Source: Prochlorococcus sp. AG-402-M23 (GTDB lineage: Bacteria > Cyanobacteriota > Cyanobacteriia > PCC-6307 > Cyanobiaceae). Taken from it: a DNA stretch of 64,000 bases. Every line of letters starts with the position of its first letter. The first letter of the stretch is position 1. A program made the translations under genes and the position numbers. The notes beneath the pieces are model-generated. The model had not been told where the DNA came from. It worked only from the letters and a program-made list of their open reading frames with translations, and did no database searches. The DNA lies in NCBI GenBank assembly GCA_003216575.1, contig QCIR01000003.1, positions 7,623-71,622 of the forward strand, read 5' to 3'. Of this stretch, positions 10,141 to 20,292 are shown piece by piece.

Positions 10141-11388
10141 ATGTTAGATAAATTCAATGAATTACCTGATTGGATCTCTAGAGGTTTAGATGATCTTTTC
10201 CCTTATGATAATTTAGGAGATTCAGATCAAAGTTTTCTAAAAAGATTAGAACTTTCATTTACAGAAAAAAAACCTTTACGTGTAAAACTTGGCATTGATC
10301 CAACAGGAACTGATATTCATATAGGTCATAGTATTCTTTTTAGAAAATTAAGAGCTTTTCAAGATTTTGGACATACCGCAGTACTTATTATTGGAGATTT
10401 TACAGCAAGGATAGGAGACCCAACTGGAAAGAGTAAAACTAGAATTCAGCTTTCAAAAGATGAGGTTGAATCAAATGCATTGAATTATCTTGAACAATTA
10501 GGTCTAGGTAAAGAACCAAAAGATTCACTGCTTGATTTCTCAACTCCTGGTCGTTTAGAAATCAGAAGAAATAGTGAATGGCTTGAGAATCTTAATTTAT
10601 CTAAAATTATAGAACTTTTGTCGAATTCAACAGTAAGTCAAATGTTGGCTAAGGAAGATTTTAGTAATCGTTATAAATCTGGTATTCCTATATCTCTTCA
10701 TGAATTTCTCTATCCACTTCTTCAAGGATATGATTCAGTTTCAATTAAGTCTGATTTAGAACTTGGAGGTACAGATCAAAAATTTAATATTGCCATGGGG
10801 CGTGATCTGCAAAGAGCTTTTGGACAAAAACCCCAATTTGGGATGTTATTACCTATTTTAATTGGCTTAGATGGAAGACAAAAAATGAGTAAAAGCTTAG
10901 ATAATATTGTAGGAATAAATGAAGATCCATTATCGATGTATTCCAAATTAGAAAAGGTTCCAGATGATTTAGTTTTGAGTTACTTGAATTTACTAACTAA
11001 TGAAAACTTAAAAGATTTAAATTCAAATCCAAGAGAGCTTCAAAAAGCTATGGCTTTAAAAATAACATCTAATTTCAAAGGAATTGAAGCTGCAAAAAAA
11101 GCTCAAATTAATTCTGAAAAATTAGTTTTAGGTACTGAAGATTCTCTTGAAGAAATTCCAGAATCATCAATTTCTAATGTAAATTTTCCAGCGAAAGCAT
11201 TTTATTTATTTAGTAAGATGGATATGTTTTCAAGTAGCAGTGAAGCAAGAAGACAAATTCTTGGAGGCGGAGTAAGAATTGATGGAAAAAAAATTACTGA
11301 TCCTAATTTAGAGTTTGACACTCCAGATGAGCTGATTGGAAAAATATTGCAAGTAGGAAAGAAAAAATTTCTTCGTGTTTCAAATTGA
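10141..11388 (+). CDS. tyrS: Tyrosine--tRNA ligase
   Basis: [32 protein letters not shown]-terminal S4 domain. Confidence 0.97.
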   Translation: MLDKFNELPDWISRGLDDLFPYDNLGDSDQSFLKRLELSFTEKKPLRVKLGIDPTGTDIHIGHSILFRKLRAFQDFGHTAVLIIGDFTARIGDPTGKSKTRIQLSKDEVESNALNYLEQLGLGKEPKDSLLDFSTPGRLEIRRNSEWLENLNLSKIIELLSNSTVSQMLAKEDFSNRYKSGIPISLHEFLYPLLQGYDSVSIKSDLELGGTDQKFNIAMGRDLQRAFGQKPQFGMLLPILIGLDGRQKMSKSLDNIVGINEDPLSMYSKLEKVPDDLVLSYLNLLTNENLKDLNSNPRELQKAMALKITSNFKGIEAAKKAQINSEKLVLGTEDSLEEIPESSISNVNFPAKAFYLFSKMDMFSSSSEARRQILGGGVRIDGKKITDPNLEFDTPDELIGKILQVGKKKFLRVSN

Positions 11389-11397
11389 TAGATTGTT

Positions 11398-12123
11398 ATG
11401 AAAAATATAGATAATCCAAGTGAAAAAATAATTGTTGCCTTAGATGGAATGGATAAGAGTAATGTTTTCAATCTACTTGAAAAAATACCTGAAATTATCT
11501 GGGTTAAAGTTGGGCTCGAATTATTTGTCAGTGAAGGACCAGATGTATTGTCAATATTAAAGGACAAGGGTAAAAAAATATTTTTAGATCTCAAATTTCA
11601 CGATATTCCTACAACAGTCGCTAGAGCATGTTTTGCAGCTTCACAGACTGGTGCAGAATATATTTCTTTGCATACTTGTGCAGGCATGAAAGCTTTAAAG
11701 ATGGCCAATGAAGCTGCTTATGAAGGAGCAGCGAAAGTTAATTTGATGCCGCCAAAACTTTTAGGTATAACAATCTTGACTAGTTGGACTCAAGAAAGCT
11801 TTGCTAATGATCTATTAATTGATCAATCAATAGATCAACGTGTTAAGCACTTAGCAAATATTGCTTTTGATTCTGGTTTAGGAGGATGTGTCTGCAGCCC
11901 TAAAGAGGTTCAATTCCTTCGTGAAGTTTATCCCCAGACATTTGAGTTTGTAACTCCTGGGATACGCTCATTAGGTTCAGATATTAATGATCAATCCAGG
12001 GTTTCTGATGCATCCGAAGCTCTTAAGATGGGAGCATCAAAGTTAGTTATCGGAAGAGCAATTACCCAATCAAATGATCCTGGTTATATGTTCAAAAATT
12101 TTTGCGATAAACTTGCTATTTAA
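11398..12123 (+). CDS. pyrF: Orotidine-5'-phosphate decarboxylase
   Basis: IVALD, KVGLEL, DLKFHDIPTT, TPGIR, VIGRAIT. Confidence 0.97.
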   Translation: MKNIDNPSEKIIVALDGMDKSNVFNLLEKIPEIIWVKVGLELFVSEGPDVLSILKDKGKKIFLDLKFHDIPTTVARACFAASQTGAEYISLHTCAGMKALKMANEAAYEGAAKVNLMPPKLLGITILTSWTQESFANDLLIDQSIDQRVKHLANIAFDSGLGGCVCSPKEVQFLREVYPQTFEFVTPGIRSLGSDINDQSRVSDASEALKMGASKLVIGRAITQSNDPGYMFKNFCDKLAI

Positions 12124-12128
12124 TTTCT

Positions 12129-12725
12129 TTAGGGCTGCCCAATTCTTGGCTCTTTACCTTTAACTAGTCTAATTATATTTTCTCTGTGTCTCCAAATTAC
12201 TAAAGTCATAGCAAATAGTGAAATTACTAAAAATGGTAGAGAAATATTTGAATTAATAAAGCTTATATACATAATTAAAGGTAAAGATATGGCTGCACTA
12301 ACACTTGCTAGGGAAACTATTCTGAATAATGTCATCATTAATAAAAAGATACCTAGAGTCGCAAGCCCTACTTGCCACGAAATCCCAAGAAATATTCCTA
12401 ATCCCGTTGCTACAGCTTTTCCACCTTTCCAATTTAGCCATATAGGCCAAATGTGACCTATTAAAGTTGACAGACCGACAGCGACTTGCCATGAATCACT
12501 TAAGAGGAAATACTTTGCTAATAAAATAGAAAGGATTCCTTTGAAAACATCTATTAGAAATACTGTAATAGCAGCGCGTTTACCAATATGTCTTAATACA
12601 TTTGTTGCTCCCGTAGAACCAGAGCCTAATAAACGGATATCGATTCCCTTGGTAATTTTTCCAGCTAAATAACCACTCGGAAAAGATCCAAATAAATATC
12701 CTAAAAATAGAATTAATAGATTCAA
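12129..12725 (-). CDS. plsY: Glycerol-3-phosphate acyltransferase
   Basis: GSFPSG, GSGSTGATNVLR, GHIWP, GGKAVATG, RHRENI. Confidence 0.96.
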   Translation of the reverse strand: MNLLILFLGYLFGSFPSGYLAGKITKGIDIRLLGSGSTGATNVLRHIGKRAAITVFLIDVFKGILSILLAKYFLLSDSWQVAVGLSTLIGHIWPIWLNWKGGKAVATGLGIFLGISWQVGLATLGIFLLMMTLFRIVSLASVSAAISLPLIMYISFINSNISLPFLVISLFAMTLVIWRHRENIIRLVKGKEPRIGQP

Positions 12726-12745
12726 AATAAATTCAATAGCAATTT

Positions 12746-13774
12746 TTATATTAATTCATTCTCTTCAAAAATTTCATTGGAACTTCCTGCAAAAGCTAGC
12801 CAAATGGGAAATTGAAGAATTGGGATTTCAACATTCACCTCAGCTGCATCAATAATTATCAAAGGTAATTCGCCTCTTTCTTCTAGGCGATCGGCTCTTT
12901 CTATAAGTCCATCTGATCTCTCGAAAAGTACTATCCCGCTATTCGGCCCAAAATCTTCACGGTTCAGTCCTAATGCATCTTGGAGAGATCTTCGCCATTC
13001 CCCAAGACGTTCTGGTTGACTCGCTAAAACTAAGGTCTGAAATTGTTCTCCATATAACTCACCTAAAATTGCAATAATTCCTGCCGCAACTAAAGCATTT
13101 TTTGCTCTATTCCCTCTGCTTGGTTGAGCACCTCTCCCACCCATACTGAAAAACCAATCTTCAAGTATTTCAATATCATTATCTCCTAGACTTCTTCTTA
13201 GTTTCCATGGCTCTGCATAAAAATCTGGTTGTTCTTGGAATTGGCTAAAACATCTTCTAATTAAATTCTCATCAGGTTTGAAAGTATCTGAAACGGCCGA
13301 TATGGCTTCCTGCTCTTTAGAAGGCTCTTCTTTTTTATTTTCATCAAGTGGAGATGGTTTAACTACTACTGGTGGAACGACAAGCTCTAGTTGTTCTGCT
13401 GATTGAGCTAGGTCTTGTAAAGCACCAGTTAAATATTCTTGGAATCCTTTAACTTTTCTAGCAATTGCATCAGATTGTCCTGAAAATGAGCTTTTAAGTT
13501 CAGTGTCGATTTGTAGTTTCTTTTTAGTAAGTTCTTCTAATTCTTTTTCTAACTTCTCACGTGAAAGTTGAAGGTCTTTAAGAGCAAGGTTAATTAGAGA
13601 CTGTGTCTGTGAGTTAGAAATTTTTTGCTTTTCTTCAGGGATATTGATATTTGGTAAGTTAGATTCTTTCTTTAAGGGAGCCTTGGATGGAAGTTCCACT
13701 GATGATGCATTTTCTACAGAAATATTTTTTTCTGCATTTAGTTTTTCTTGAGATTGATGTTCTTCTGTTTCCAT
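12746..13774 (-). CDS. Conserved cyanobacterial coiled-coil protein (DUF3086-like)
   Basis: Coiled coil, GFQEYLTGALQDL, PDFYAEPWKLRRS, GEWRRSLQDALG, DFGPNSGIVLFE. Confidence 0.8.
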   Translation of the reverse strand: METEEHQSQEKLNAEKNISVENASSVELPSKAPLKKESNLPNINIPEEKQKISNSQTQSLINLALKDLQLSREKLEKELEELTKKKLQIDTELKSSFSGQSDAIARKVKGFQEYLTGALQDLAQSAEQLELVVPPVVVKPSPLDENKKEEPSKEQEAISAVSDTFKPDENLIRRCFSQFQEQPDFYAEPWKLRRSLGDNDIEILEDWFFSMGGRGAQPSRGNRAKNALVAAGIIAILGELYGEQFQTLVLASQPERLGEWRRSLQDALGLNREDFGPNSGIVLFERSDGLIERADRLEERGELPLIIIDAAEVNVEIPILQFPIWLAFAGSSNEIFEENELI

Positions 13775-13811
13775 ATTCCAAAAACTTCGCTGTAGTTTTA
13801 AAGTTTATTGA

Positions 13812-14219
13812 TTATACTTCTTTTTCTATTTCTAAATCCTTCACTCTTAACCTTAACTGTTCTCTTAATGATTTCACCTCAAAAAGTATTGGCAATAAAT
13901 GAGGGCTTGCTTCTTCCCTAAAGTAAAGGAAACCAGGCAATTGAGGTAAAATTATTCTCCAGGCAATCCAGTTTTTAAAAGGAAATCTTCTTAATTCATT
14001 ACCTAATTGCATGACAATTAGATCATCCTTGGTGAATTTTAATTTTAAGGTAAAGGATTGAAGTAATAGAAAAAAACCAAAGCTACTAATTATAATTGTA
14101 GGCCAGGTATGAAAAGGCGTAATTAAAAATGATAAGCCTAAAAAAATTATAAGAATTGGTAAACGAAAAGAAGATGACAAAATTACACTGTCTTTTTCAA
14201 GAGATTTGTCAGAAGTCAT
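13812..14219 (-). CDS. Conserved membrane protein (DUF3119-like)
   Basis: Two hydrophobic helices, then RRFPFKNW...LYFREEASPHLLPILF. Confidence 0.75.
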   Translation of the reverse strand: MTSDKSLEKDSVILSSSFRLPILIIFLGLSFLITPFHTWPTIIISSFGFFLLLQSFTLKLKFTKDDLIVMQLGNELRRFPFKNWIAWRIILPQLPGFLYFREEASPHLLPILFEVKSLREQLRLRVKDLEIEKEV

Positions 14220-14224
14220 AATTT

Positions 14225-14971
14225 TTAGCCAAAAAGAATTTGGGTGAGTAAAACATCTACTAAAGAGACGGTTATTAGAGTCATTACTACTGCTCCAGTA
14301 GTACTTGATCCTACTTCTTTTGGCCCGCCTCTAGTAGTTAGACCCCATCCACAAGCAATTATTGCTATTAAGAGGCCAAACACCAATGCTTTTACAAGCA
14401 TAAATGGCATATCAGATATTGCTAGCCATTCTCTTACTGAATTCCAAAAGATGCTTGGTGGTATTTGATAAAGAATAGTGCTACTAATTTGCCCGCTATA
14501 TAAGGCAACAGTAAAAAAAAATAAGCACTGGATAGGAGCCATCAAAACCATTGCACAAATTCTTGGTACAACTAAATATTCAACTGGATCTGTTTGAAGC
14601 ATTGTAATAGCATCAATTTGCTCAGTAACTTTCATAGTGCCTATCTGAGCAGCATAAGCAGTTGCAACTTTTCCAGTGAGAAGAGTTGCGGTAAGCAATG
14701 GAGCTATTTCTCTAGCCATTCCAATTGCTAAAAGACCGCCAACTTCAGAACCTAAACCTTGCTTACTTAATTCTGCGGCAACTTGAATATTAAAGACTGT
14801 CCCAGCTGCAATGGCTGTAATTAAAACTATTAAAAAACTTCCAGGGCCTGCCTCCATTAACTGATCAATTAAGTCTGATTTGTTGATGCGACCTTTAGCA
14901 GTTGAAGTGATAGCTTGACCACCTATTAAAAGACTGGCGCCAAACCTTTTTATCCATCTAGGTGAATTCAT
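14225..14971 (-). CDS. mlaE: MlaE/TGD1-family lipid ABC transporter permease
   Basis: REIAPLLTA, AAQIGTMKVTEQIDA, DPVEYLVVPR, GGPKEVG. Confidence 0.9.
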   Translation of the reverse strand: MNSPRWIKRFGASLLIGGQAITSTAKGRINKSDLIDQLMEAGPGSFLIVLITAIAAGTVFNIQVAAELSKQGLGSEVGGLLAIGMAREIAPLLTATLLTGKVATAYAAQIGTMKVTEQIDAITMLQTDPVEYLVVPRICAMVLMAPIQCLFFFTVALYSGQISSTILYQIPPSIFWNSVREWLAISDMPFMLVKALVFGLLIAIIACGWGLTTRGGPKEVGSSTTGAVVMTLITVSLVDVLLTQILFG

Positions 14972-14974
14972 AAA

Positions 14975-16357
14975 TCAAACTTTTACTTGTTGTGCTTCAT
15001 CTCTATCTTTCCAGTCTTTCATAATTAACAGTCCCCAATAAACAAGAATAGAAGGTATTAAACCCATGCAAATTCTTACAGTTAGTAATGCAGAATCAGG
15101 TTGGGCAACATTAATAATTTCCTGACAGGCTCCTTGCTTGAATCCAGCAAAAGTAAGAAGGTAGCCGAATAGACCAACACTTAAAGCAATCCCTAACTTT
15201 TGGCATAAAACCATCCATGCTGTATAAACTCCTGCGGCTTTTTCTGGATCATGATCAATAGCATCTGGTAATAAAGACCAAGGTATTAAATACGCAGTTG
15301 AAGCTCCAAATCCAACAAATAAAATAGTTATAAATAAAACTAACATTTTTATGGAATCCATGTTTAAATTATCAATTATAAAATTATTTGATAAAGGTGG
15401 TAATACCATTGCAATTAAACAACCACTAATCCATATTAAGCCTCCTCTTTGCAATGCTTTAATTCTTCCAAATTTGTTAGAATAAAAGCTCCATACTTGC
15501 AACCCTAAGAGAGCACTTAGTTGAAAAGGTATTATAATCCAAAAAGATATTCCTCTTGGCACATTCATGACTTGCTGAAGATAAATTAATGAAACTGTTT
15601 GCATTAACTGAAGACCGCACCATAGAAGTAAATAAAGATAAATAACCTTTATAAATATTTTATTACTAAAAATACGATTGAATTGATACTTTATTGGCTT
15701 TATTTTATTAATTGGTTTTCTTGCAACCTTCGCAAATGGAGCTAGACCCCATGTTGAAAATAAAGTTAGTAATGTAACTATAGTGCCTGATATTCGTCCC
15801 ATTGTTAAGTAACCTTCATCGCCTTTTGTTAAATATATTGCGCCTACAATTAATCCAGATAAAGAAGCTAGTATTGAACCAGTAAATCTTGCAGCATTAA
15901 GTCTAGTTCTTATATTTTCATCTTCACTAAGCTCTGTAGCTAATGCACCATAAGGAAGATTGACAGATGTATAAGCTGTCATAAAAAGAATAGAGGTGCA
16001 AATGTAGTAAGCAGTTTTTTCTTTGATCGTGTAATTCCCAGGGATCCACCACATTGCGGCTAAAAAAACACCCAAAGGGAGTGATGCTCCAATCATCCAA
16101 GGCAATCTTGGTCCCCATCTGGATTTCGTATTGTCACTCATCCAGCCAATTAAAGGGTCATTAATAGCATCCCAGAGTTTTATTATCATCAAAATCGAGC
16201 TTGCTATCCATGGGGGTAATCCAGCAGCACAAGTAAAGAAAGGGAAAAGATAAAACCCAAATTGAGCTGAAGCAAGACCCGTCCCTGAATCCCCCATCCC
16301 GTAGGAAAGCATGAGCCTTATACGGTTTTTTTTGATCAGCCTATTGGAATTCGTCAA
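14975..16357 (-). CDS. GPH/MelB-family MFS transporter
   Basis: SYGMGD, WDAINDPLIGWMSD..SRWG.R, PYGALATELS...R; about 12 hydrophobic segments. Confidence 0.88.
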   Translation of the reverse strand: MTNSNRLIKKNRIRLMLSYGMGDSGTGLASAQFGFYLFPFFTCAAGLPPWIASSILMIIKLWDAINDPLIGWMSDNTKSRWGPRLPWMIGASLPLGVFLAAMWWIPGNYTIKEKTAYYICTSILFMTAYTSVNLPYGALATELSEDENIRTRLNAARFTGSILASLSGLIVGAIYLTKGDEGYLTMGRISGTIVTLLTLFSTWGLAPFAKVARKPINKIKPIKYQFNRIFSNKIFIKVIYLYLLLWCGLQLMQTVSLIYLQQVMNVPRGISFWIIIPFQLSALLGLQVWSFYSNKFGRIKALQRGGLIWISGCLIAMVLPPLSNNFIIDNLNMDSIKMLVLFITILFVGFGASTAYLIPWSLLPDAIDHDPEKAAGVYTAWMVLCQKLGIALSVGLFGYLLTFAGFKQGACQEIINVAQPDSALLTVRICMGLIPSILVYWGLLIMKDWKDRDEAQQVKV

Positions 16358-16445
16358 TCTTTTTGAGAAGAGGGGGGCGGAAGGTAATAATGTATGTAGG
16401 CTAAATAAGAATAATCCAATTTTCTGGATAAATTCTTTTATTAGC

Positions 16446-16516
<71 letters not shown>

Positions 16517-16528
16517 TGATTTTGACTC

Positions 16529-18589
16529 TCATAGCTTAATTTTTTTTGAATAGTCGTTTGCGACTAGAAGAACAAGACTGTTACTTTCAATGCGTATATT
16601 TGATTGATTAGCTAGTGGTTTTTTAGAAATATTTTTATTTTTTATAAAAGATGTATCAATGTATTTTTTCCATGGAGAAATTGGCTTTGGTAATTCAAAA
16701 AGCATTGTCTCTTTGTAAGCGTTAAAGCCAAGCCAGATTGCTGAGCCTTCATTATTTTTATTGATGCTATATCCAAGAGTATGAGACCAGTCACCCCAGT
16801 CAGGTTTGTTAACTTTTATCCCATGCCACTGAATCCAAAAATCGGACGCTTTGTTCTTAGGGTTTTCGGTGTGAGAATCATAAACAAAATCAGGACTAAA
16901 AAATTCTGGCAGTTGTTTTCGAATGGATATTAGTTTTACAACAAATTCTTTTAAATCTTGATCACAATTTTTATGATCCCAAGTCATCCAACCAAGTGGG
17001 TTGTCTTGGCACCATGTGTTGTTGTTACCACCTTGGCTTCGGCCTACTTCATCTCCCATTAAAAGCATTGGTATCCCAGGTGATAAAAAAAGTGATGAAA
17101 GGAGATTCCTTTGCTGCCTTTTTCTTAAATTTTTGATTTCTTTATTAGTAGTTGGTCCTTCCACTCCATAATTAAAACTATTATTATGATTCTCTCCATC
17201 TCTATTATTTTCTCCATTTGCGAGATTATGTTTTTGATTAAAACTTACTAGATCCTTTAATGTAAATCCATCATGGGAAGTTATAAAATTAATACTAAAT
17301 ATATTCGCTAAATTATTATCATTGTATAGTGATTTATTACCTACTAATCTATCTTTAAGTGGCCATATAGTACTTTTTTCACCTTTCCAAAATCTTCTCA
17401 TATCATCTCTAAAGTGACCATTCCATGTTCTGAATTTTTTTGCAGGAAAATCACCTAGTTTATACAGACCTCCGCAGTCCCACGGTTCACTAATTAATTT
17501 CACATCACTGAGGGTAGGATCTGCCTCTATTTCTTCAAATAGAGGAGGCTCTTCTAAAGGAATTAGATTTTCGCCTCTGCTCAGAGCAATACCTAAGTCA
17601 AAACGAAATCCATCTACTCCAAGTTCTATTGCCCAACACCTTAAGGATTCTAAAATTAATTGTCTAACTAAAGGACGGTTTGCAGCAATACTATTTCCAC
17701 ATCCACTTACATCTTGATAATTTTCATCATCATCTTGATGGTAATAAGTTTTGGGTCCAAAATTTTTCCAACTTATAATAGGACCATCTTGATTCCCTTC
17801 TGTTGTGTGATTGTAAACAACATCGATTAATACTTCAAGTTCATTATCGTGGCAGATTTCTACAAATTGTTTGAATTGTTTTCTTGCTACTAATGGGTCA
17901 TATCCATCTATAAAACCCTGATGAGGTGTGAACCAATTAATAGGGCTATAACCCCAATAGTTTTCTAGTCCTTCTGGGGCATCAGAAGGATCAAAAGCGA
18001 ATATGGGAAGTAATTCAATGCTTGTAATTCCAATACTTTTAAGATAAGGAATCTTTTCAATTAGCCCAATAAATGTCCCTTTCTTTGAATCGCTAATTTT
18101 TGAATCTGGATGTTTAGTAAATCCACCAACATGTAATTCATAAATAATTGTTTTATTCCATTCATGTTTTGGTCTTGGATGAGATTTGAAATCAAAATTA
18201 TCCCTATTAGTTACTACTCCCTTTAGGAAATGACTATAACCTTTATTGAGATTATCCTTTTGATTTCTTGTATATCTTCCCCAGCCTGAAATTGCTCTTG
18301 CACATGGATCTAAAACAAGATTATCATTTTTATCCTTGACTTCGTCCATAAATACTTTATAGCCGTATAAAGTTCCCTCAGAACATCCCTCCAGTTCAAC
18401 GTGCCAATAATCTCCAGATCTATTAATTTGATTAAACGATATTATTTCGATTGGAAAGTCGTCACTTTCATTTTGGAATATTAGTAATTGTACTTTTTTT
18501 GCATGTGGAGCTGCTATGGAGAAATTAACCCCATCAGGAGTCAGTGAGCTTCCTAGAGGCCATGCTGAGCCAACGTTTACTTTCCTCAA
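16529..18589 (-). CDS. glgX: Glycogen debranching enzyme / isoamylase
   Basis: IYELHVGGF, NYWGYSP, DVVYNHT, DGFRFDL, SEPWD, NFITSHDGFTL, MGDE. Confidence 0.95.
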   Translation of the reverse strand: MRKVNVGSAWPLGSSLTPDGVNFSIAAPHAKKVQLLIFQNESDDFPIEIISFNQINRSGDYWHVELEGCSEGTLYGYKVFMDEVKDKNDNLVLDPCARAISGWGRYTRNQKDNLNKGYSHFLKGVVTNRDNFDFKSHPRPKHEWNKTIIYELHVGGFTKHPDSKISDSKKGTFIGLIEKIPYLKSIGITSIELLPIFAFDPSDAPEGLENYWGYSPINWFTPHQGFIDGYDPLVARKQFKQFVEICHDNELEVLIDVVYNHTTEGNQDGPIISWKNFGPKTYYHQDDDENYQDVSGCGNSIAANRPLVRQLILESLRCWAIELGVDGFRFDLGIALSRGENLIPLEEPPLFEEIEADPTLSDVKLISEPWDCGGLYKLGDFPAKKFRTWNGHFRDDMRRFWKGEKSTIWPLKDRLVGNKSLYNDNNLANIFSINFITSHDGFTLKDLVSFNQKHNLANGENNRDGENHNNSFNYGVEGPTTNKEIKNLRKRQQRNLLSSLFLSPGIPMLLMGDEVGRSQGGNNNTWCQDNPLGWMTWDHKNCDQDLKEFVVKLISIRKQLPEFFSPDFVYDSHTENPKNKASDFWIQWHGIKVNKPDWGDWSHTLGYSINKNNEGSAIWLGFNAYKETMLFELPKPISPWKKYIDTSFIKNKNISKKPLANQSNIRIESNSLVLLVANDYSKKIKL

Positions 18590-19107
18590 TTTTTGTTGTC
18601 CTTCAAATCAGTAATAAAAAACTTTTACTCCAACTTAGTTGTTTGGTTTGTTTTAACAAGTTATAAAAACGAAATCCAATCTTAAAAGAAATTTCAGTAC
18701 GAGTTTAATGTTTTTATTTTTTTTTGAATACAAAACCCTTTTCTAGAAATGTCTAATTAGTTTTTTGATTTTGCTTTAAAGCTGAAGTTAATAGGATAGA
18801 TATCTGATTCAGATGAAATATGAACATAGTCTGAAATTTCGAAAAATATTGTCGAGATAAAATTTTAGAGCTTTTTGCATGGAAACAGCTTCTAAATGGA
18901 TGGCTTTGAGCTGAAAAAAGTATGATTTGGCATTTATGACCTCTTTTTAAGTGTGATTATTATTTTGTAATACGAATAAATGTCCTGTTCTGCGGACCTT
19001 TGTTAATTCAGGTGAATTTACATAAAAATCTGATTTTTTGAAAAAAAAAAAAATTAATTACTAAATTTAGAGCTCCGTTTGGTAATTAATAAGAAAACGG
19101 ATCTTTC

Positions 19108-19247
19108 AGAATCCTTGCTCTGACAGGCTTCTAAGGAAAGATGTATAACTTTTATTTGATACAAGAGACTCGATAAAATTTTTTGAAAGATTTAAAAATT
19201 TCGAGGATAATGCTTATATATTTTTTAGAAAGCTTACTGTCACAGGC
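19108..19247 (+). repeat. Two degenerate 21-bp direct repeats upstream of HU (19108-19128 and 19227-19247)
   Basis: AGAATCCTTGCTCTGACAGGC vs AGAAAGCTTACTGTCACAGGC, 16/21 identical, in otherwise very AT-rich DNA. Confidence 0.5.
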
Positions 19248-19255
19248 CCTTTGGG

Positions 19256-19284
19256 TTGCAGGTAAGTGATTTGCTCCATACCAT
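19256..19284 (+). promoter_or_regulatory. Putative sigma70 promoter of HU
   Basis: TTGCAG (19256-61), 17-nt spacer, TACCAT (19279-84); about 80 nt upstream of the HU ATG. Confidence 0.5.
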
Positions 19285-19363
19285 TAGCAAGATTGAGCTT
19301 TTGGGAAACTAATTCCTCTATTGGTTTTCTTCCTCTTACTCCCTGCTACATACAATCTTTCCA

Positions 19364-19639
19364 ATGAACAAAGCAGATTTAGTCAACCTGGTTGCAGCTC
19401 GTACAGAGCTAACTAAAACAGACGTCTCTCTGGTAGTTGATGCTGCCATAGATACAATTATTGATTCTGTAGTGGAGGGTAAAAAAGTCTCCATTCTAGG
19501 GTTTGGTTCTTTTGAACCTCGCGATCGTTCCGCTCGTCAAGGATTAAACCCAAAGACAGGAGAAAAGATTGCTATACCTGCGAAGCGTGTACCTGCCTTT
19601 ACAGCTGGAAAGTTGTTTAAGGATCGTGTTCAGGGATAA
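19364..19639 (+). CDS. hup: Histone-like DNA-binding protein HU
   Basis: MNKADLV, GFGSFEPRDRSARQGLNPKTGE, PAFTAGK. Confidence 0.96.
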   Translation: MNKADLVNLVAARTELTKTDVSLVVDAAIDTIIDSVVEGKKVSILGFGSFEPRDRSARQGLNPKTGEKIAIPAKRVPAFTAGKLFKDRVQG

Positions 19640-19684
19640 TTTCAGAAAAAGCTTATTTTCTTATTAATCTTTCTGGTAAAAAAG

Positions 19685-19716
19685 AAAAGGACTCTTTAAA
19701 TAAGAGTCCTTTTTTT
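19685..19716 (+). terminator. Rho-independent terminator of HU
   Basis: AAAAGGACTCTT-taaat-AAGAGTCCTTTT followed by more T. Confidence 0.85.
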
Positions 19717-19822
19717 GTAAAGGTTTAGATTTTTTTAGATAAGATAAAATTGTTTTTTTTGGGATCGAAAACTTGACCTTTGATCATAAAATTATTAATA
19801 TTTTTTAAATTAGAACTAAGTT

Positions 19823-20149
19823 GTGATTATTGATCAATTAAGAAAAATACAATTCTTATTTATGCTTATCCTAAACTTATTTATATCTTTGCCCTCTCTA
19901 GAAGCTTTTGAAACTAGAGATTATCTAATAATTGATATGCTAGTAAAAAGTTGTTATAAAGATACTAAATCTTGTAATACATCATTGTATAAAATATATA
20001 ATTATCAAAAAATTGCAGCAAAAAAAAAGAAGTTTTCATGTCAAACTAGACTGTTGGGCTTAGAAGCAAATTTGATAATGGCTATGAATTCTAATTTAAA
20101 AAAAAACGAGGCTAAAAATATTATTAAGGCTGTGAAAAAATATTGCTAG
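19823..20149 (+). CDS. Hypothetical protein, probably exported, 4 Cys
   Basis: 108-aa ORF; signal-peptide-like N-terminus ending in SLEA; SCYKDTKSC and SCQTRLLGLEA. Confidence 0.65.
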   Translation: MIIDQLRKIQFLFMLILNLFISLPSLEAFETRDYLIIDMLVKSCYKDTKSCNTSLYKIYNYQKIAAKKKKFSCQTRLLGLEANLIMAMNSNLKKNEAKNIIKAVKKYC

Positions 20150-20292
20150 AGATGATCGATCAATTGATAATATTGTGTTGCTGTTTGGTTCGTCCAAAAA
20201 TAATGTGAAAAACTAGAACAAAATGGGTTTTATCCTATTTGTATAAGTAAACTTAGAACAACAAAGACAAAGAATTTCTTCTAACTAAGAAA

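Noticed and set aside
19141-19163. TGTAT...GATACA as an NtcA site
   Set aside because: GTA-to-TAC spacing is 14 nt, not the required 8.
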